A stretch of 64,000 nt of DNA from NCBI GenBank assembly GCA_002269645.1, contig NIVC01001272.1, forward strand, positions 62,001 to 126,000. Reading direction: 5' to 3'. Source of the stretch: Macrostomum lignano (lineage: Eukaryota). Both the position numbers and the translations under genes were made by a program. The notes under the pieces were generated by a model, which saw only the letters and a program-made list of their open reading frames with translations, made no database searches and was not told the DNA's origin. The first letter of the stretch is position 1. The number at the start of each line of letters is the position of its first letter. Positions 1 to 12,672 of this stretch are shown piece by piece.

Positions 1-1
1 G

Positions 2-169
2 CCTAAGGCATCGGTTGCACAGCCAGAAAAACTCGCGTACACGTTTCATCGCAGCGTACTGCTCCGGTGTAACGCGACTGTTACACGCACGATGCTGCCA
101 TTCGCTACACTGCGAGCACTCAATGGCTTCTTCTCCATTGACAACAGGCTGTACACACACTACACATGG
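2..169 (+). CDS. Possible internal coding exon of a gene entering from the left edge (product unknown)
   Basis: Frame 2 is open from the window edge (PKASVAQPEKLAYTFHRSVLLRCNATVTRTMLPFATLRALNGFFSIDNRLYTHYTW) and ends at a donor-like TGG|GTATGC (170-175). No phase-compatible downstream exon found and no family recognised. Confidence 0.25.
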
Positions 170-380
170 GTATGCACCTGCCATTTTAATGATATTTCTT
201 GATCAAAAACTATTTAAGCTCCGATATCAGATAATCAGTTTTTATTGTATAGATATGCTATTCTAATACAATTATAGATAAACAGAAAATTCAAATTCGG
301 GGCCGTATCAGTGGAGGATAACTGCTATTTGATGAGCGCCCAGCCAATGAGAGTTCTGGCATTTTTGGAAGAGCGTTTCT

Positions 381-1005
381 TACCCACTGTTTCACCCACT
401 GTTTCACCCACTGTTTCACCCACTGTTTCTCACCCATTGTTTCTCGGAGAGTGGATAGAGAGTGAGAGTGGAGAGAGGGTGAGAGTTGAAAGAGAGGCTG
501 AAAGTGGAGAGAGGGTGAGAGTTGAAAGAGACTGAGAGTAGAGGCTGAGAGTAAAGAGAGGCTGAAAGTGGAGAGAGGGTGAGAGTAGAGGGAGGGTGAG
601 AGTGGAGAGAGGGTGAGAGTGGAGAGAGGGTGAGAGTGGAGAGAGAGTGAGAGTGGAGAGAGGGTGAGAGTGGAGAGAGGGTGAGAGTGGAGAGAGGGTG
701 AGAGTGGAGAGAGAGTGAGAGTAGAGAGAGGGTGAGAGTTGAAAGAGAGGCTGAAAGTGGAGAGAGGGTGAGAGTTGAAAGAGACTGAGAGTAGAGGCTG
801 AGAGTAAAGAGAGGCTGAAAGTGGAGAGAGGGTGAGAGTAGAGGGATGGTGAGAGTGGACAGAGGGTGAGAGTGGAGAGAGGGTGAGAGTGGAGAGAGGG
901 TGAGAGTGGAGGGAGGGTGAGAGTGGAGGGAGGGTGAGAGTGGAGAGAGGGTGAGAGTGGAGAGAGGGTGAGAGTGGAGAGAGGGTGAGAGTGGAGAGAG
1001 TGTGA
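381..1005 (+). repeat. 12-bp tandem repeat (CCCACTGTTTCA x~4) followed by a purine-rich 17-bp minisatellite (GAGAGTGGAGAGAGGGT)n
   Basis: Tandem units read directly from the sequence; they explain ORFs 311..535 and 430..1089. Confidence 0.95.
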
Positions 1006-1028
1006 GAGAATTAAAGAGAGACCTCGAG

Positions 1029-2088
1029 CAGCAGTGTCGGAAAATATTTCAAAGTGGGGGGGGGCTATTGTTGGGAGGGCACATTGCACATAATTTCTTT
1101 TAATCTAAGGGCACCCAAACTCCTGATGTTAGCTATATCAGTTTGTGAAATTGTCCTCTCCTCTCCTCTCCTCTCCTCTCCTCTCCTCTCCTCTCCTCTC
1201 CTCTCCTCTCCTCACCTATCTCCTCTCCTCTCCTCTCCTCTCCTCTCCTCTCCTCTCCTCTCCTCTCCTCTCCTCTCCTCTCCTCACCTATCTCCTCTCC
1301 TCTCCTCTCCTCTCCCTCCTCTCCTCACCTATCTCCTCTCCTCTCCTCTCCTCTCCTCTCCTCTCCTCTCCTCTCCTCTCCTCTCCTCTCCTCTCCTCTC
1401 CTCTCCTCTCCTCACCTATCTCCTCTCCTCTCCTCTCCTCTCCTCTCCTCTCCTCTCCTCTCCTCACCTATCTCCTCTCCTCTCCTCTCCTCTCCTCTCC
1501 TCTCCTCTCCACTCTTCTCTGTTCTCTCCTCTCATCTCTCCTCTCTTATCATCTCCTCTCCTCTCTTAGCTCGTATCAGCTCTCATCTCCCTTTTCCTCT
1601 CCATTCTCTTCTCCCTTCCCTCGTTCTCTCCTCTCTCTTATATCTCGACTCTCCTCATTCATCTCCCCTCTCCTATTTTATCTCTTTTCTCGTCTACTCT
1701 CTTCTCCTTTATTCCCTAGCCTCTCCCTTCTCTTGCCTGCAATCATCAGGGACTCCTGGGCACGTTTCGCTTAGGGGCCCACGGAAGCAGACCCAGAAGG
1801 GCAGTCATTGCGCCACGCTAGGTTCTTAATCTGGCCCTTGAGGTAAAAAGTTTGCTGACCCCTGCACTAAAAGCACTAGGCTTAGGCACATTAGATAAAA
1901 CTGTAGTGAATGGGATTGAGAACAACATTAACTATTATATCAGCCCTTAGCTTCCAAGACTCAGAAAAGCCAAAGCCGAAAACCGGCCGACACTTGCTTA
2001 AAATTCAAAAAGGGCACTTGATGGATCATGCTAAAAAGTGGGGGGGGGGCTCCAGCCCCCCCGTGACCCCTGGTTCCGACCACCCCTG
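1029..2088. mobile_element. Non-autonomous hAT-like DNA element, ~1060 bp, with 8-bp target-site duplication
   Basis: ACCTCGAG flanks both ends (1021-1028 and 2089-2096). Ends are imperfect inverted repeats: CAGCAGTGTCGGAA versus reverse complement CAGGGGTGGTCGGAA. An 8-bp TSD with CAG termini is typical of hAT. No transposase. Confidence 0.7.
1154..1565 (+). repeat. (CTCTC)n pentanucleotide polypyrimidine microsatellite
   Basis: Directly visible, interrupted by CTCACCTAT; source of the SSPLL low-complexity ORFs. Confidence 0.97.
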
Positions 2089-3434
2089 ACCTCGAGAGAT
2101 GATTTCCTGATCCAATTTAGCTGTACAGAGCATGGATATACATGTATCTATCACACAATGCGCATACTGTGTACCAGGTCGATCATTGCCAATTGATTGC
2201 ATGGTAAATTAAAATCAAGTGTAGCGATATGACTGTCCGTCTGTTGTATGGTAGGGATCAGAACTGCATGTTACATGCACGAGTATACACTGGTAGCCAA
2301 TGTGATGTACAGTACAAATGTACAATTGTAGCTAATATTCGTTCAAATAGTTTTAGAACGTATTTTTTATTAAACAGGGAGAACATCCGAAATCAAAGTA
2401 AACGATTACTGTACATGTGATGTGCATGCATTTTCGTGCCATACATTTTGATTGTATTAAGAGCGATTAGAGTAACTTTTGAGTGAGTGATCAGTGTGCA
2501 AGTGAGTGAGTGAGCGAGTAAGATACATGTAGAGGGTGAGAGAGTGAGTGAGTTAGTGATTGAGTGATTTAAAGTGAGCATGAAAGCTGCTTATAACAGG
2601 CCTCGTACAACTCGATCGAGGCCCAGCTCGTACAAATCACGGACTACTTTAGTGTCGTTTTTATAGGAAGCCTGTACATGTACACGTAATAAAAACGGTA
2701 TGGCTGCACGACTCACCATCCCGTAACCTCTAAATACAAGTGCATGTTAGCCTGCCTGCCTGCGATCGAATTGGCAAATTTGCATTGGCAATCGGACATG
2801 CTCGAATCACACATGAAAACTCACATTATAACAAATTATACCAATGATAACCAACTCAAGGACCACATTCGAAACTGCGAATTAAGAATGCAGTTAAGTC
2901 AAGAGCCTTTTTTCACAGCTTTCTACTAATAGTAGCTGTTTATTTAGGATTGATAGTTCCTTTACAATTCAAATTGAATGAAAAAACGAGGAAGGCTCAC
3001 TCAGGTCCGCCCGGCCCGCTCACCGGTTCCTCTCTCGCGGCCTTGTCGTCCCCATCTCACCCCTCCCCCAGCACCATCCAATAACATGGCGAGCCAAATT
3101 CCTCCCCCTAGCTCCCCCAAGTGTGGCGGTCTTGGTGTGTGGCGGTCTTGGTCCTACACCTAAAAATCTAACCTAACCTTCCAAATGTTTTTTTTAGAAT
3201 GAATTCATAAAACTGTGAAAAAATTACCGTTGAAAGTCATTATTCTAAAAAAGTTTAATTTCTAGTTTAAAACTAAACTAAACTAAGAAAAATTCTCTAA
3301 AACTTTTTAAATTAAATTATCATTAAATATAAAGGCCCTAGTGGATTAACAAATTGAGCTCCTGTTAATTCTGAAGGTAACTTTTTCAGTTTTCTTTTGC
3401 TTTATTACCATTTTAGATAGCCCCTAAGACTCTG

Positions 3435-4682
3435 GTCCATAGTCCGGATCAACAGGATCATGGCAGGGTATATGCCAGAGTAGAGCTGTCACGAGATCTC
3501 GACAAGACAAGATTCGAGACAAGATCTCGACATTTTTTCTCGTCTCAAGAAATCTCAAATTTTGTCAAGAAATTTGAGACAAGATTCAAGAATTTTTCTG
3601 ATACCTTTTTTCAAAAGCTTCTAAGTGATAAGATATAAAAAGGGGAGCAAATTTTCATATAAATATAACTGTTTATTGTAACACGCTTGATAGGGCAATT
3701 TTCAAATGGTAAAATCTAGCCAATGTCGAGCAGTTATTTAATGAACGTCATTATATACGAGTTTGCATTACATATGCACTCTTTTAGTTATCATTTCAGT
3801 TCTGCAGCAAGGTGTATCATAGCAGACTTGAAGACAATCTACACAGGTCTTTTGACAAATTAGTAATAGACATAGTAGGGCCAAGGGCCTATATGCTACA
3901 AGCATAAATTCTTATGAATAAATAGCAAATAATTAAAACTAGAATTAAGAAAGTATTCTGGAAAATCTAAAAAATATATTTTAGAATTGTATCTTATCAA
4001 GAAATTTAAGACAAGATAAGGCAAGATAAGAGCAAGACAAGATGCAATTCTGAAATATATTTTTTAGATTTACTTTGTCTTGTCTCGTCTCGAAATTCTC
4101 GGCTTATAAGCCTTTCTTGTCTTGAATCTCGTCTCGAATAAAATCTCTAATTTTGATAGCTCTACACCAAACTCAAACTTGATAGATCCACAGTTTGTAT
4201 GCCAATGTATGCCAAATTTTTTTTGCCTTCCCTAACTGTATGCCACTGTATGCCATAATCAGAAATCAGTTAATAGTTAATGAAAAATAGAGCATATTGC
4301 AATTTAAATATAGTTAGCCCTACACCTATGTTATATATATCCCTGTTAGTGTTATACTGCAAGCAAGTAATATATATATTATGCCTCTAGTAGCAGGTTT
4401 TATTAAAATTATTTAATAGAACAATAGATGGTAATATTTTGTTAAAGTGAATGTACTTCTAACATAAATTCCATTTCTTAAATTATTGTGCAAATTCCTA
4501 AAAAATACCGATGTTTATGTACATTACATTGCAAGTTATTACAGCAACAGTGTATACGACATTCACGCCAATAGGTAGGGCCCAATTTTTTGGTTGTACG
4601 CCAATGTACGCCAATAGGGTTAGCAAGGGGTGACTGTACGCCAAATTAATTTGGCATATAGGCCATGCTCTGGACTATGGAC
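3435..4682. mobile_element. MITE-like element with terminal inverted repeats and many T(A/G)(T/C)GCCA subterminal motifs
   Basis: GTCCATAGTCCGGA (3435-3448) is inverted to TCTGGACTATGGAC (4669-4682), 13/14 match; inverted similarity continues inward (CATGGC...TATATGCCA). TSD not identified. Confidence 0.55.
3481..4164. mobile_element. Nested MITE (TIR TAGAGCT(G/A)TCA) with subterminal CAAGA/TCTTG and CGAGA/TCTCG repeats
   Basis: TAGAGCTGTCA at 3481 and TGATAGCTCTA at 4154-4164. GACAAGACAAGA-type motifs on the left are mirrored by TCTTGTCTCGTCTCGA on the right. No clear TSD. Confidence 0.65.
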
Positions 4683-6442
4683 TCTAGTAAGTTTCAGAAA
4701 AATTGGAAAATGGGAAGTATTTTATATACCTTAAGTTCAAGAAGTCCTAAAGTAGTATTTTTTATATAGAAAATTACTGATTTTTGCAGTTTTATAAAAT
4801 AAATTGCAATAAACAACATGGTGCAAGCAAAAATTTTTGATAGGATTTGTTCTTGCAGATGGCGCAATCAAACTTTTCTATAAGATTCATTCCAACATAG
4901 GTGTGCCATGATTTTGACCATGAATTTAAAGCTGAGGCTATCTTGGTCATGCTATATGCATCTAATCTGTCATTGTTTAAAGATTCAAAACTTAAAAAAA
5001 TATGATTTCAACAATTTTATGTTTCATGATTTTTCTTTTGTTTTATTTCATAGTTGTAGGTTTTAGGATATAATGCTAAATTGTAATACAAAAAAGATTT
5101 TTTTGTACTAGTTTTTTGGTCCTAAAATAACAATTCTTCATCCTAGTTTATAGAAAAAAGGTTTTTGGAGTTGTAGTTTCATTTGGAAAAAAAACATTTT
5201 AGTAGGTATAATGGTCATAGCCAAAAAAACATGCCCATATAGAAACAAAAATTCTTTTGAATTCCTGTGAATTTTAATTGCCTGATCATCTTAAATGGTT
5301 TTTTTCTAAAAGATAACACATGCCTATTGTAAAACACAAAAAATAAAATAATTTGCCTGTCTGGAGTTTTTTATTTAACTTGTTTAAGTTTAACTGTGAC
5401 AGTTAGGAAGAAAAAATGTCTTGCTAAATTTTATGGTCAAAAACATATATACCTTGGCATTTGGTATAAAAATCCCAGTATTTTAATTAGGGATAAACTT
5501 CTTCTATATAGTTTAACTTATTGTGTCACCAGGTTTGATAGGTCCTTCTTAGCATTATATTATGAAAAATCCTAAAAGCAATTTAAGATTTAAAGGCTTA
5601 AATGACTTCAAGTATATTATATATGCACTTTTAAATTATATTAACCATGTGACTTTGTTTTGGCTAAATATGACTTCATTTTGAAACTCACAAAAAATTA
5701 AAGTTGTTAACTTTGTAACTTACCCTTGGTTTGTTAAATAATAATTGGCTTACAATTTTGCATATATAAAATATAGTAGGATATAACAAAAACTTCCATT
5801 TACAAGATCAAAAATATTATCAGTTTGTATATTATGATAAACCATTTTTAATGTAATAGTAAATAATTTTGCTATCATTAAACTTTTTTTTATAATTTTA
5901 GAGATATTTCGTTGAAATCCTAGTAAAATTGTTTATTTTTTGTAGCACCATTTATTATTTGGTGCCTATATTTTTCTACCATATTTTGATTTCTAAAAGT
6001 ATTTCTAATGTAAAAAGGTATTTTTATTGGACTAAGGCCACATTTCCCCCTATCTACTTGTTAACAACAGTATATGCCCTATCTCCATGCTACAAAAGAA
6101 TTCTACCTTAGATAATGATTCAATAAAACAGGATTTCTGGAAGGGGACTAGTTATTTATATTTTCAGTTCTATTTTCATTTTTAGAGTACTAGAAGATTT
6201 GGTGAATTGATGACTTAGCTTGAGTATTCTTGCTATAAATTCTTTTATCCCATTTAATTTTAGAATAGATTATTATATTAGTATTATTTTTTATGCTATT
6301 ATTAATTTTTCTTAAGCTTACTATCAAAGCTAAACTCTCGTTTACAGGCCTCATTCTTGTGAAAGAGTTGTTATCAGGCATTGTTTTGTTTATTTTTTTC
6401 AAATTATATATTAATAGAAAATACCTAAAATACTACTTTCAG

Positions 6443-9400
6443 GCTACTACTAGTGGTCTAGGATTCTCGCTCACGGCTCAGATTGAGCCAGTGCAGCCGC
6501 ACTCAGTTCATACTCTGGTGTTCCGCTCGCTGAAGCGAACTCACGATATGTTCTTGTCTGACAGGGACTGCCTGCCAGCCCCAGACCCTACTGCTGACAA
6601 AGTCAGGCAGGCTGTCAAGGCTAGGGACCAGTTCGGACCGGTGCTGCACATGCAATCGTCTGCTAAGACTGCCAGGCCTGCTGCTGGCAAGCAGGTCAGT
6701 TCTGCAACTTCTGCTTCATGCAACTTGAGTATTGTTTGCTTAATTAATTTGAGACAATATTCCTATGTGGAATATCTGAATATCCAACTGATAGAGTCTC
6801 ATATGCCTAACTAAAAGAATCTCATGCTCAACTACAAGAATCTCATGTCCAGCTAAAATAATCTCATGTCCAGCTAAAATAATCTCATGTCCAGCTAAAA
6901 GAATCTATGCTCAACTAAAAAAGTCTCATGTCCAGCTAAAATAATCTCATGTCCAGCTAAAATAATCTCATGTCCAGCTAAAAGAATCGCATGTCCAGCT
7001 AAAATAATCTCACGTCCAGCTAAAATAATCTCATGTCCAGCTAAAAGAATCTATGCTCAACTAAAAAAGTCTCATGTCCAGCTAAAAGAATCGCGTGTCC
7101 AGCTAAAATAATCTCATGTCCAGCTAAAAGAATCTCATGTTCAACTAAAAGAATCTCGTGCTCAACTAAAAGAATATCGTGCTCAACTAAAAGAATCTCT
7201 TGCTCAACTAAAAGAATCTCATGCTCAACTAAAAGAATCTCATGCTCAACTAAAATAATCTCTTGCTCAACTAAAAGAATCTCATGCTCAACTAAAAGAA
7301 TCTCATGCTCAACTAAAAGAATCTCATGCTCAACTAAAAGAATCTCATGCTCAACTAAAAGAATCTCATGCTTAACTAAAAGAATCTCATGCTCAACTAA
7401 AATAATCTCATGCTCAACTAAAAGAATCTCAAGCTCAACTAAAAGAGTCTCTTGATCTTTCTTTCAGGCCGCCATTGCCGCCGCGCCAGCTGGCTCAGAC
7501 GGCGCAGACTCTAACTCGGCTTTGATCCCAGCTTCTGCCGCATCCGCAGCTTCTCAGCCCGCCTCCTCGGCTGACCCGGGCTCTGCAGCCGCTTCCGCTG
7601 CCGCCGCCAACACGGCGTCGGTTCAAGTTGGCGAAGAGCGAATGCTGGTGCCTAAACGGGCTCCGCTGATGCCCAAGCCCGATTGGCATCCGCCATGGAA
7701 ACTGTACCGGGTCATCTCGGGTCACACCGGCTGGGTCAGGTAAGTGGCGTCGTCTGTGAAGTTTTTCGTCATCTATGCGCCTCTGAACTCTGATAATAGG
7801 GAATATCCCAGATCCCCAACATCCAGAATCTCCCCAGTCCCCATCATCCAGAATCTCCCCGATCCCCATTATCCAGAATCTCCCCAATCCCCAGCATCAG
7901 GTATCTCCCCAATCCCCATCATCAAGAATCTCCCAATCCCCATCATCCAGATTCTCCCCAATCCCCATCATCCAGATTCTCCCCAATCCCCATCATCCAG
8001 ATTCTCCCCAATCCCCATCATCCAGATTCTCCCCAATCCCCATCATCCAGATTCTCCCCAATCCCCATCATCCAGATTCTCCCCAATCCCCATCATCCAG
8101 ATTCTCCCCAGTCCCCATCATCCAGATTCTCCCCGATCCCCATCATCAAGAATCTCCCAATCCCCATCATCCAGATTCTCCCCGATCCCCATCATCCAGA
8201 ATCTCCCAATCCCCATCATCCAGATTCTCCCCAATCCCCGTCATCCAGATTCTCCCCAATCCCCATCATCCAGATTCTCCCCGATCCCCATCATCCAGAA
8301 TCTCCCCAGTCCCCATCATCCAGATTCTCCCCAATCCCCATCATCCAAATTCTCCTTAATCCCCATCATCACCAGGAATCTCCCCAATCCCCATCGTTAG
8401 GAATAATCCTTCCTTAGCACCAATCTCCACCAAGAATCCCTTATCTCAAACTCAAACTTATCTCAAATGTCATTGCAACCCCGCATCTCCAGGTGTGTAG
8501 CTGTGGACCCGTTGAACCGGTATTTTGTGACTGGAGCAGCTGATCGACTGATTAAAATCTGGGATCTGGCTAGCGGTACGCTGAAACTGTCTCTAACTGG
8601 GCATATTAGCACTGTTAGAGGCTTACAGGTGAGTCATATCTGTGCATACGTAATTTATTAGATTAAAAAATTATTCAATATTCATAATGCAAAAGTTCAC
8701 ATATGTACGCGTGTATTCTCATATGCACAACTTGTGTGCACTTTTTTATGCATTACATGTAGTCTAGTGAGGAGGTTGTACCTACTTGTTAGAGCGTCGG
8801 ACTCATTACTGAAAGGTCGGGGGCTCGATTCCCGATCCCACTCGAAACAATTTGTGTCCTTGACCTTGAGCAAGACACAACTCTGCATTGCTTCAGCTCA
8901 CCCAGCTGTAAAATGGGTGCCAGCATTAGCTGGGGTGATTGAGGGTGTGTGGCGACCCACCAGTCCTTGGAATGAACAGCCGTACGCTGTTTTATATGCT
9001 AGATGCGCAAAGTTAGGGCAGGTGAAATCAATTATTATCAACTATTATTACAGTAATGTGTACACCCAATATGTACATCCTATATACTAATTTTGCGCTG
9101 TCTGCCTGTCTGTCTGTCTGTCTTTCTTTGATTTTTTCGAGAACAGTCTGAACGAGAAATAAAGCCGATATGTATCGAAAAATATAAAACTAGAGAAAAA
9201 AGCCGATATGTATCGAAAAATACAAAGCCGATATGTATCGAAAAATATAAAACTGTCAAAGGCGATATGTATAGAAAGAATAGAGAAAACCCCAAGATGA
9301 AAACTTCGACTTAGAAGTGGTCAAATAAAGTGGGAATATTATGAATTTGAATTCCCCCCACGGGTCTGTACGCTCTCTAAAGTACACAGTCAGCTATTCA

Positions 9401-9970
9401 GCATCCCAAATTCAACATCACCGCAGGTGAGCGACCGTCATCCGTTTCTATTCAGCTGCAGTGAAGACAAAACCGTTCGCTGTTGGGATCTGGAAGAGAA
9501 CAAAGTGGTTCGCCACTATCACGGCCACCTGAGCGCTGTCTATGGCCTCACCTTGCACCCCACTCTGGACCTGTTAGTCACCTGCGGCAGGGACGCCACG
9601 GCCAGGCTGTGGGACATGCGAACGAAGCTATGCATTCACACCCTGGCTGGCCATAGCAGCACAGTGGCAGCAGTGGCCAGTCAGAGTGCCGAACCGCAGC
9701 TGGTGACCGGCTCGCACGATTGTACAGTGCGACTGTGGGATATCGCTGCTGGGAAGTGAGTGCTCTGTGTGTTTATGGTTGTCAAGGTGTGAAAATCTAG
9801 TCTTTAGCTCAGGCTCACTAGCTCGAAACTTCACAATTTAGACAAATCGAAAATTTGAGTTTGTTAATTTTTCAAGCTTTGAGGGCTTAGGGGTTGATTT
9901 TATTGGCTATGTGAAGAATTCATTTTTGATCCCATTTTTTTATCACATTTAAGTGTTGTTTTGCTTTTCT

Positions 9971-10053
<83 letters not shown>

Positions 10054-10056
10054 TTA

Positions 10057-10127
<71 letters not shown>

Positions 10128-11385
10128 ATCTCTCTCTATCTATCTATCTATCTCTCTCTCCCCCCCTCTCTCTCTCTAACGATGTCCCCAATTTGTGTAT
10201 GTTTCTAATAATTTAAACAAGTCAAAAGACCGTTTTAGTTTATCTCGATCTTTTTTAACCGATCAACGCGGATTGTTACAATTTCAAAAAATTGTATTTA
10301 AAGCAATTCAGTGAAAAGGAAAGCCACAGGCTATGATATATTGATGTGTGTGTCTGTCTCCAGGTGACATCTGAGTTAAACTGGGATATTAAAGTCTAGA
10401 ATTGATTTAAAGAAAGATACTTCCTTGTTGTAGGTTTTTTGAGTCTAGCTCAGAGGTTGGAAAACTTTTTTATCTCAAGAGCCAGTTAAAGAATTCAGCT
10501 CATTGCGTCATGCCAGACGAGAGTGGAAAGGAGAGGGAATGGAACATGACATGAGACAAGGATGTTCGCTTCACGCAGTGGAACTGACATTTGCATTAGA
10601 TTTGTAGCGACTTGAAGGTCGGGGGTTCGATTCCCAATCCCACTCAAAACAATTAGTGTCCTTGAGCAAGACACTTGACTCTGCATTGCTACAGTTCACC
10701 CAGCTGTAAAATGGGTGCCAGCATTAGCTGGGGTAATTGAGGGTGTGTGTGGCGACCCCCCAGTCATTGGACTGAACAGCCGTACGCAGCCTTCAATAGC
10801 AATAGCAGCGGCTGAGCTGTCGGTTGCACACCTGGCTTAATTGAGACAGGTGTAATCAATAATTATAATAATAATTGATAATTGGGCATAGCATGCCTAA
10901 ATTAAGATCACCTCATCACATCCCGCAGGTCCCTAGTGACGCTGACCAATCACAAGAAATCGGTCCGCGCCCTGGCCATCCATCCCACTCAGTTCACCTT
11001 CGCCACCGGCGCCCCCGACAACATCAAGCAGTGGAAATTCCCCGACGGTCAATTCCTGCAGAACTTCAGCGGTCACAATGCCATCGTTAATGCGCTGGCA
11101 TTGAACGAAGATGGCGTGCTGGTTAGCGGGGCTGACAATGGCTCTCTGCACATGTGGGACTGGCGTACTGGTAGCTGCTTTCAGCGACACACCAGCCCTG
11201 TGCAGCCTGGCTCCATCGATTCGGAGGCTGGGATATTTGCTCTGGCATTTGACAGGTCTGGGTCAAGGCTGATCACGGCTGAGGCTGACAAGACTGTCAA
11301 AATCTACAAGGAGGATGAGACGGCAACTGAGGAGACTCATCCGGTCAATTGGCGGCCTGGATTGCTCAAGAAGGCTCGATATTAA
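6443..11385 (+). CDS. PLRG1: Pleiotropic regulator 1 (Prp46, NineTeen complex WD40 splicing factor); 5 coding exons found, start exon not located
   Basis: Exons 6443-6694, 7468-7739, 8493-8628, 9427-9755, 10929-11385 join in frame by GT-AG (481 aa). Diagnostic [52 protein letters not shown]40 repeats and [11 protein letters not shown]; AATAAA at 11466-11471. Confidence 0.95.
6812..7450 (+). repeat. 21-bp intronic minisatellite, ~30 copies (TCCAGCTAAAATAATCTCATG / CTCAACTAAAAGAATCTCATG)
   Basis: Tandem units visible in the PLRG1 intron between 6694 and 7468. Confidence 0.95.
7805..8395 (+). repeat. 25-bp intronic minisatellite (CAGATTCTCCCCAATCCCCATCATC)n
   Basis: Tandem units visible; explains ORF 7744..8400. 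Confidence 0.95.
8774..9050 (+). mobile_element. tRNA-derived SINE with CORE-like domain, copy 1
   Basis: tRNA-like head (TTGTTAGAGCGTCGGACTC...GGCTCGATTCCC), then GTGTCCTTG..GCAAGACAC...CAGCTGTAAAATGGG resembling the MIR CORE, and an AT-rich tail. Highly similar to 10597-10880. Confidence 0.75.
9968..10177 (+). repeat. (CT)n/(CTAT)n microsatellite
   Basis: Directly visible. Confidence 0.97.
10597..10880 (+). mobile_element. tRNA-derived SINE with CORE-like domain, copy 2 (head partly lost)
   Basis: B-box GGTTCGATTCC 10624-10634, GTGTCCTTGAGCAAGACACTTGACTC 10656-10681, CTGTAAAATGGG 10704-10715, (AAT)n-like tail; colinear with copy 1. Confidence 0.75.
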
Positions 11386-12672
11386 TTAATTACCTAATTA
11401 GTGTTACTGGTTATCAACAACATTGTAATTTGTGTGTGTGTATGTGTTTACCATTGAGCTGAAATAATAAACCCGTGTGTTTATATAAAATACTTTGTAG
11501 CTTAATATTTCAGCTTGCTGAAATGACTTTTTAGTCACCTAATTATTTTGTGAATAAGTATTTTTTTCATATTTTAATTAAAGTAGGTCCTAAGGAAGAC
11601 TCTAGTAGGATTTAGGTTATCTTTGTTTCTTCTTTGGCAGCCTGATGCAGCACATCACACACAGCACAGCAGTTCGATTTGCTTTTAGTAAAAAACTGTC
11701 AATATTATCTCCTTTATTAAATGATAAAAGGAAGAATGCCATCTTGTAGTGGTTCCGGCGTCCGTAGCTTCTGGATGCTACATGAGGTGATCATGGTCGC
11801 TCGTGTGGTAGTCCTTAGGTTAGATTAGGTGAATCATTCTCAACACTGGATTCTTCGTCACTATGGATTTTCACTTAGAGTTTTCCACCCAGCTTATGAT
11901 TAAAACAAAGTTTTCAAGGCGGTACAGCATGACTTTCATTTACATGTAAACTGCAACTCAACAACAGCATACTCTGTCCCCGACCTCTAATATTGATACC
12001 TGCAAAAGTTAAACATTTATAGCTACGGCTACTTTTATATCCTGGGTTTTTTACTGTGAATTGAAGCCTACTTACCGTTAGTTAACAGAGCGCCTTGAAA
12101 GACACCAGTTGAGAATAGAATGATTTGAAAAAAATAATAGGAGACTTTCTGCTTAACCAAATCAGAAAGCTTTAAAACAAATTCATTTTATATTTTCGGC
12201 AATTTGAACATTTATAAAAACATGTCAAAATTTATAATTTTTGTCGTTAACTAAAAATCAAATTGTATTTTTTGTTAAAATAATACTTTTTTAGCGAATA
12301 CCAGTTGCTTTATCTATTTGGATTAGACTTTAAATGCACTTGGTTTGCATTTTTGAGTCAGGTAAACTATTTTCATTAAAGTTGTGAAGCTCGGTGCATG
12401 TCTTGAAGTGGCATGCTGACTAAAGTTAACTAATGAACATTTTACACTAATTAAAGACCGTCACAAATCAAGTGCATCTGATCTAGCCCTTAATGGATTT
12501 CGAAACATTTTAGTTGCGATATAAATTTATAGCTGAATATAAACAAAGCTTAGTACGTAATTGAGATTTATTTAAAATACATGTAATATCAACCAGTAAA
12601 GAACCAACTAACTACTCTACAAAAGCACTGGAATAGCAAACGTTCTATCAATTTGTTATCTCGTTCTTGTTA

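Noticed and set aside
2711-2719. Minus-strand ATG|GTGAGT as the first exon of a leftward gene
   Set aside because: No downstream minus-strand exon could be found in 1-2700.
3086-3163. AACATGGCG at 3083-3091 as the PLRG1 start exon
   Set aside because: Good Kozak/YY1-like context, but nearby GT donors give phase 1 or 2 while the 6443 acceptor needs phase 0; adjacent sequence looks repeat-derived.
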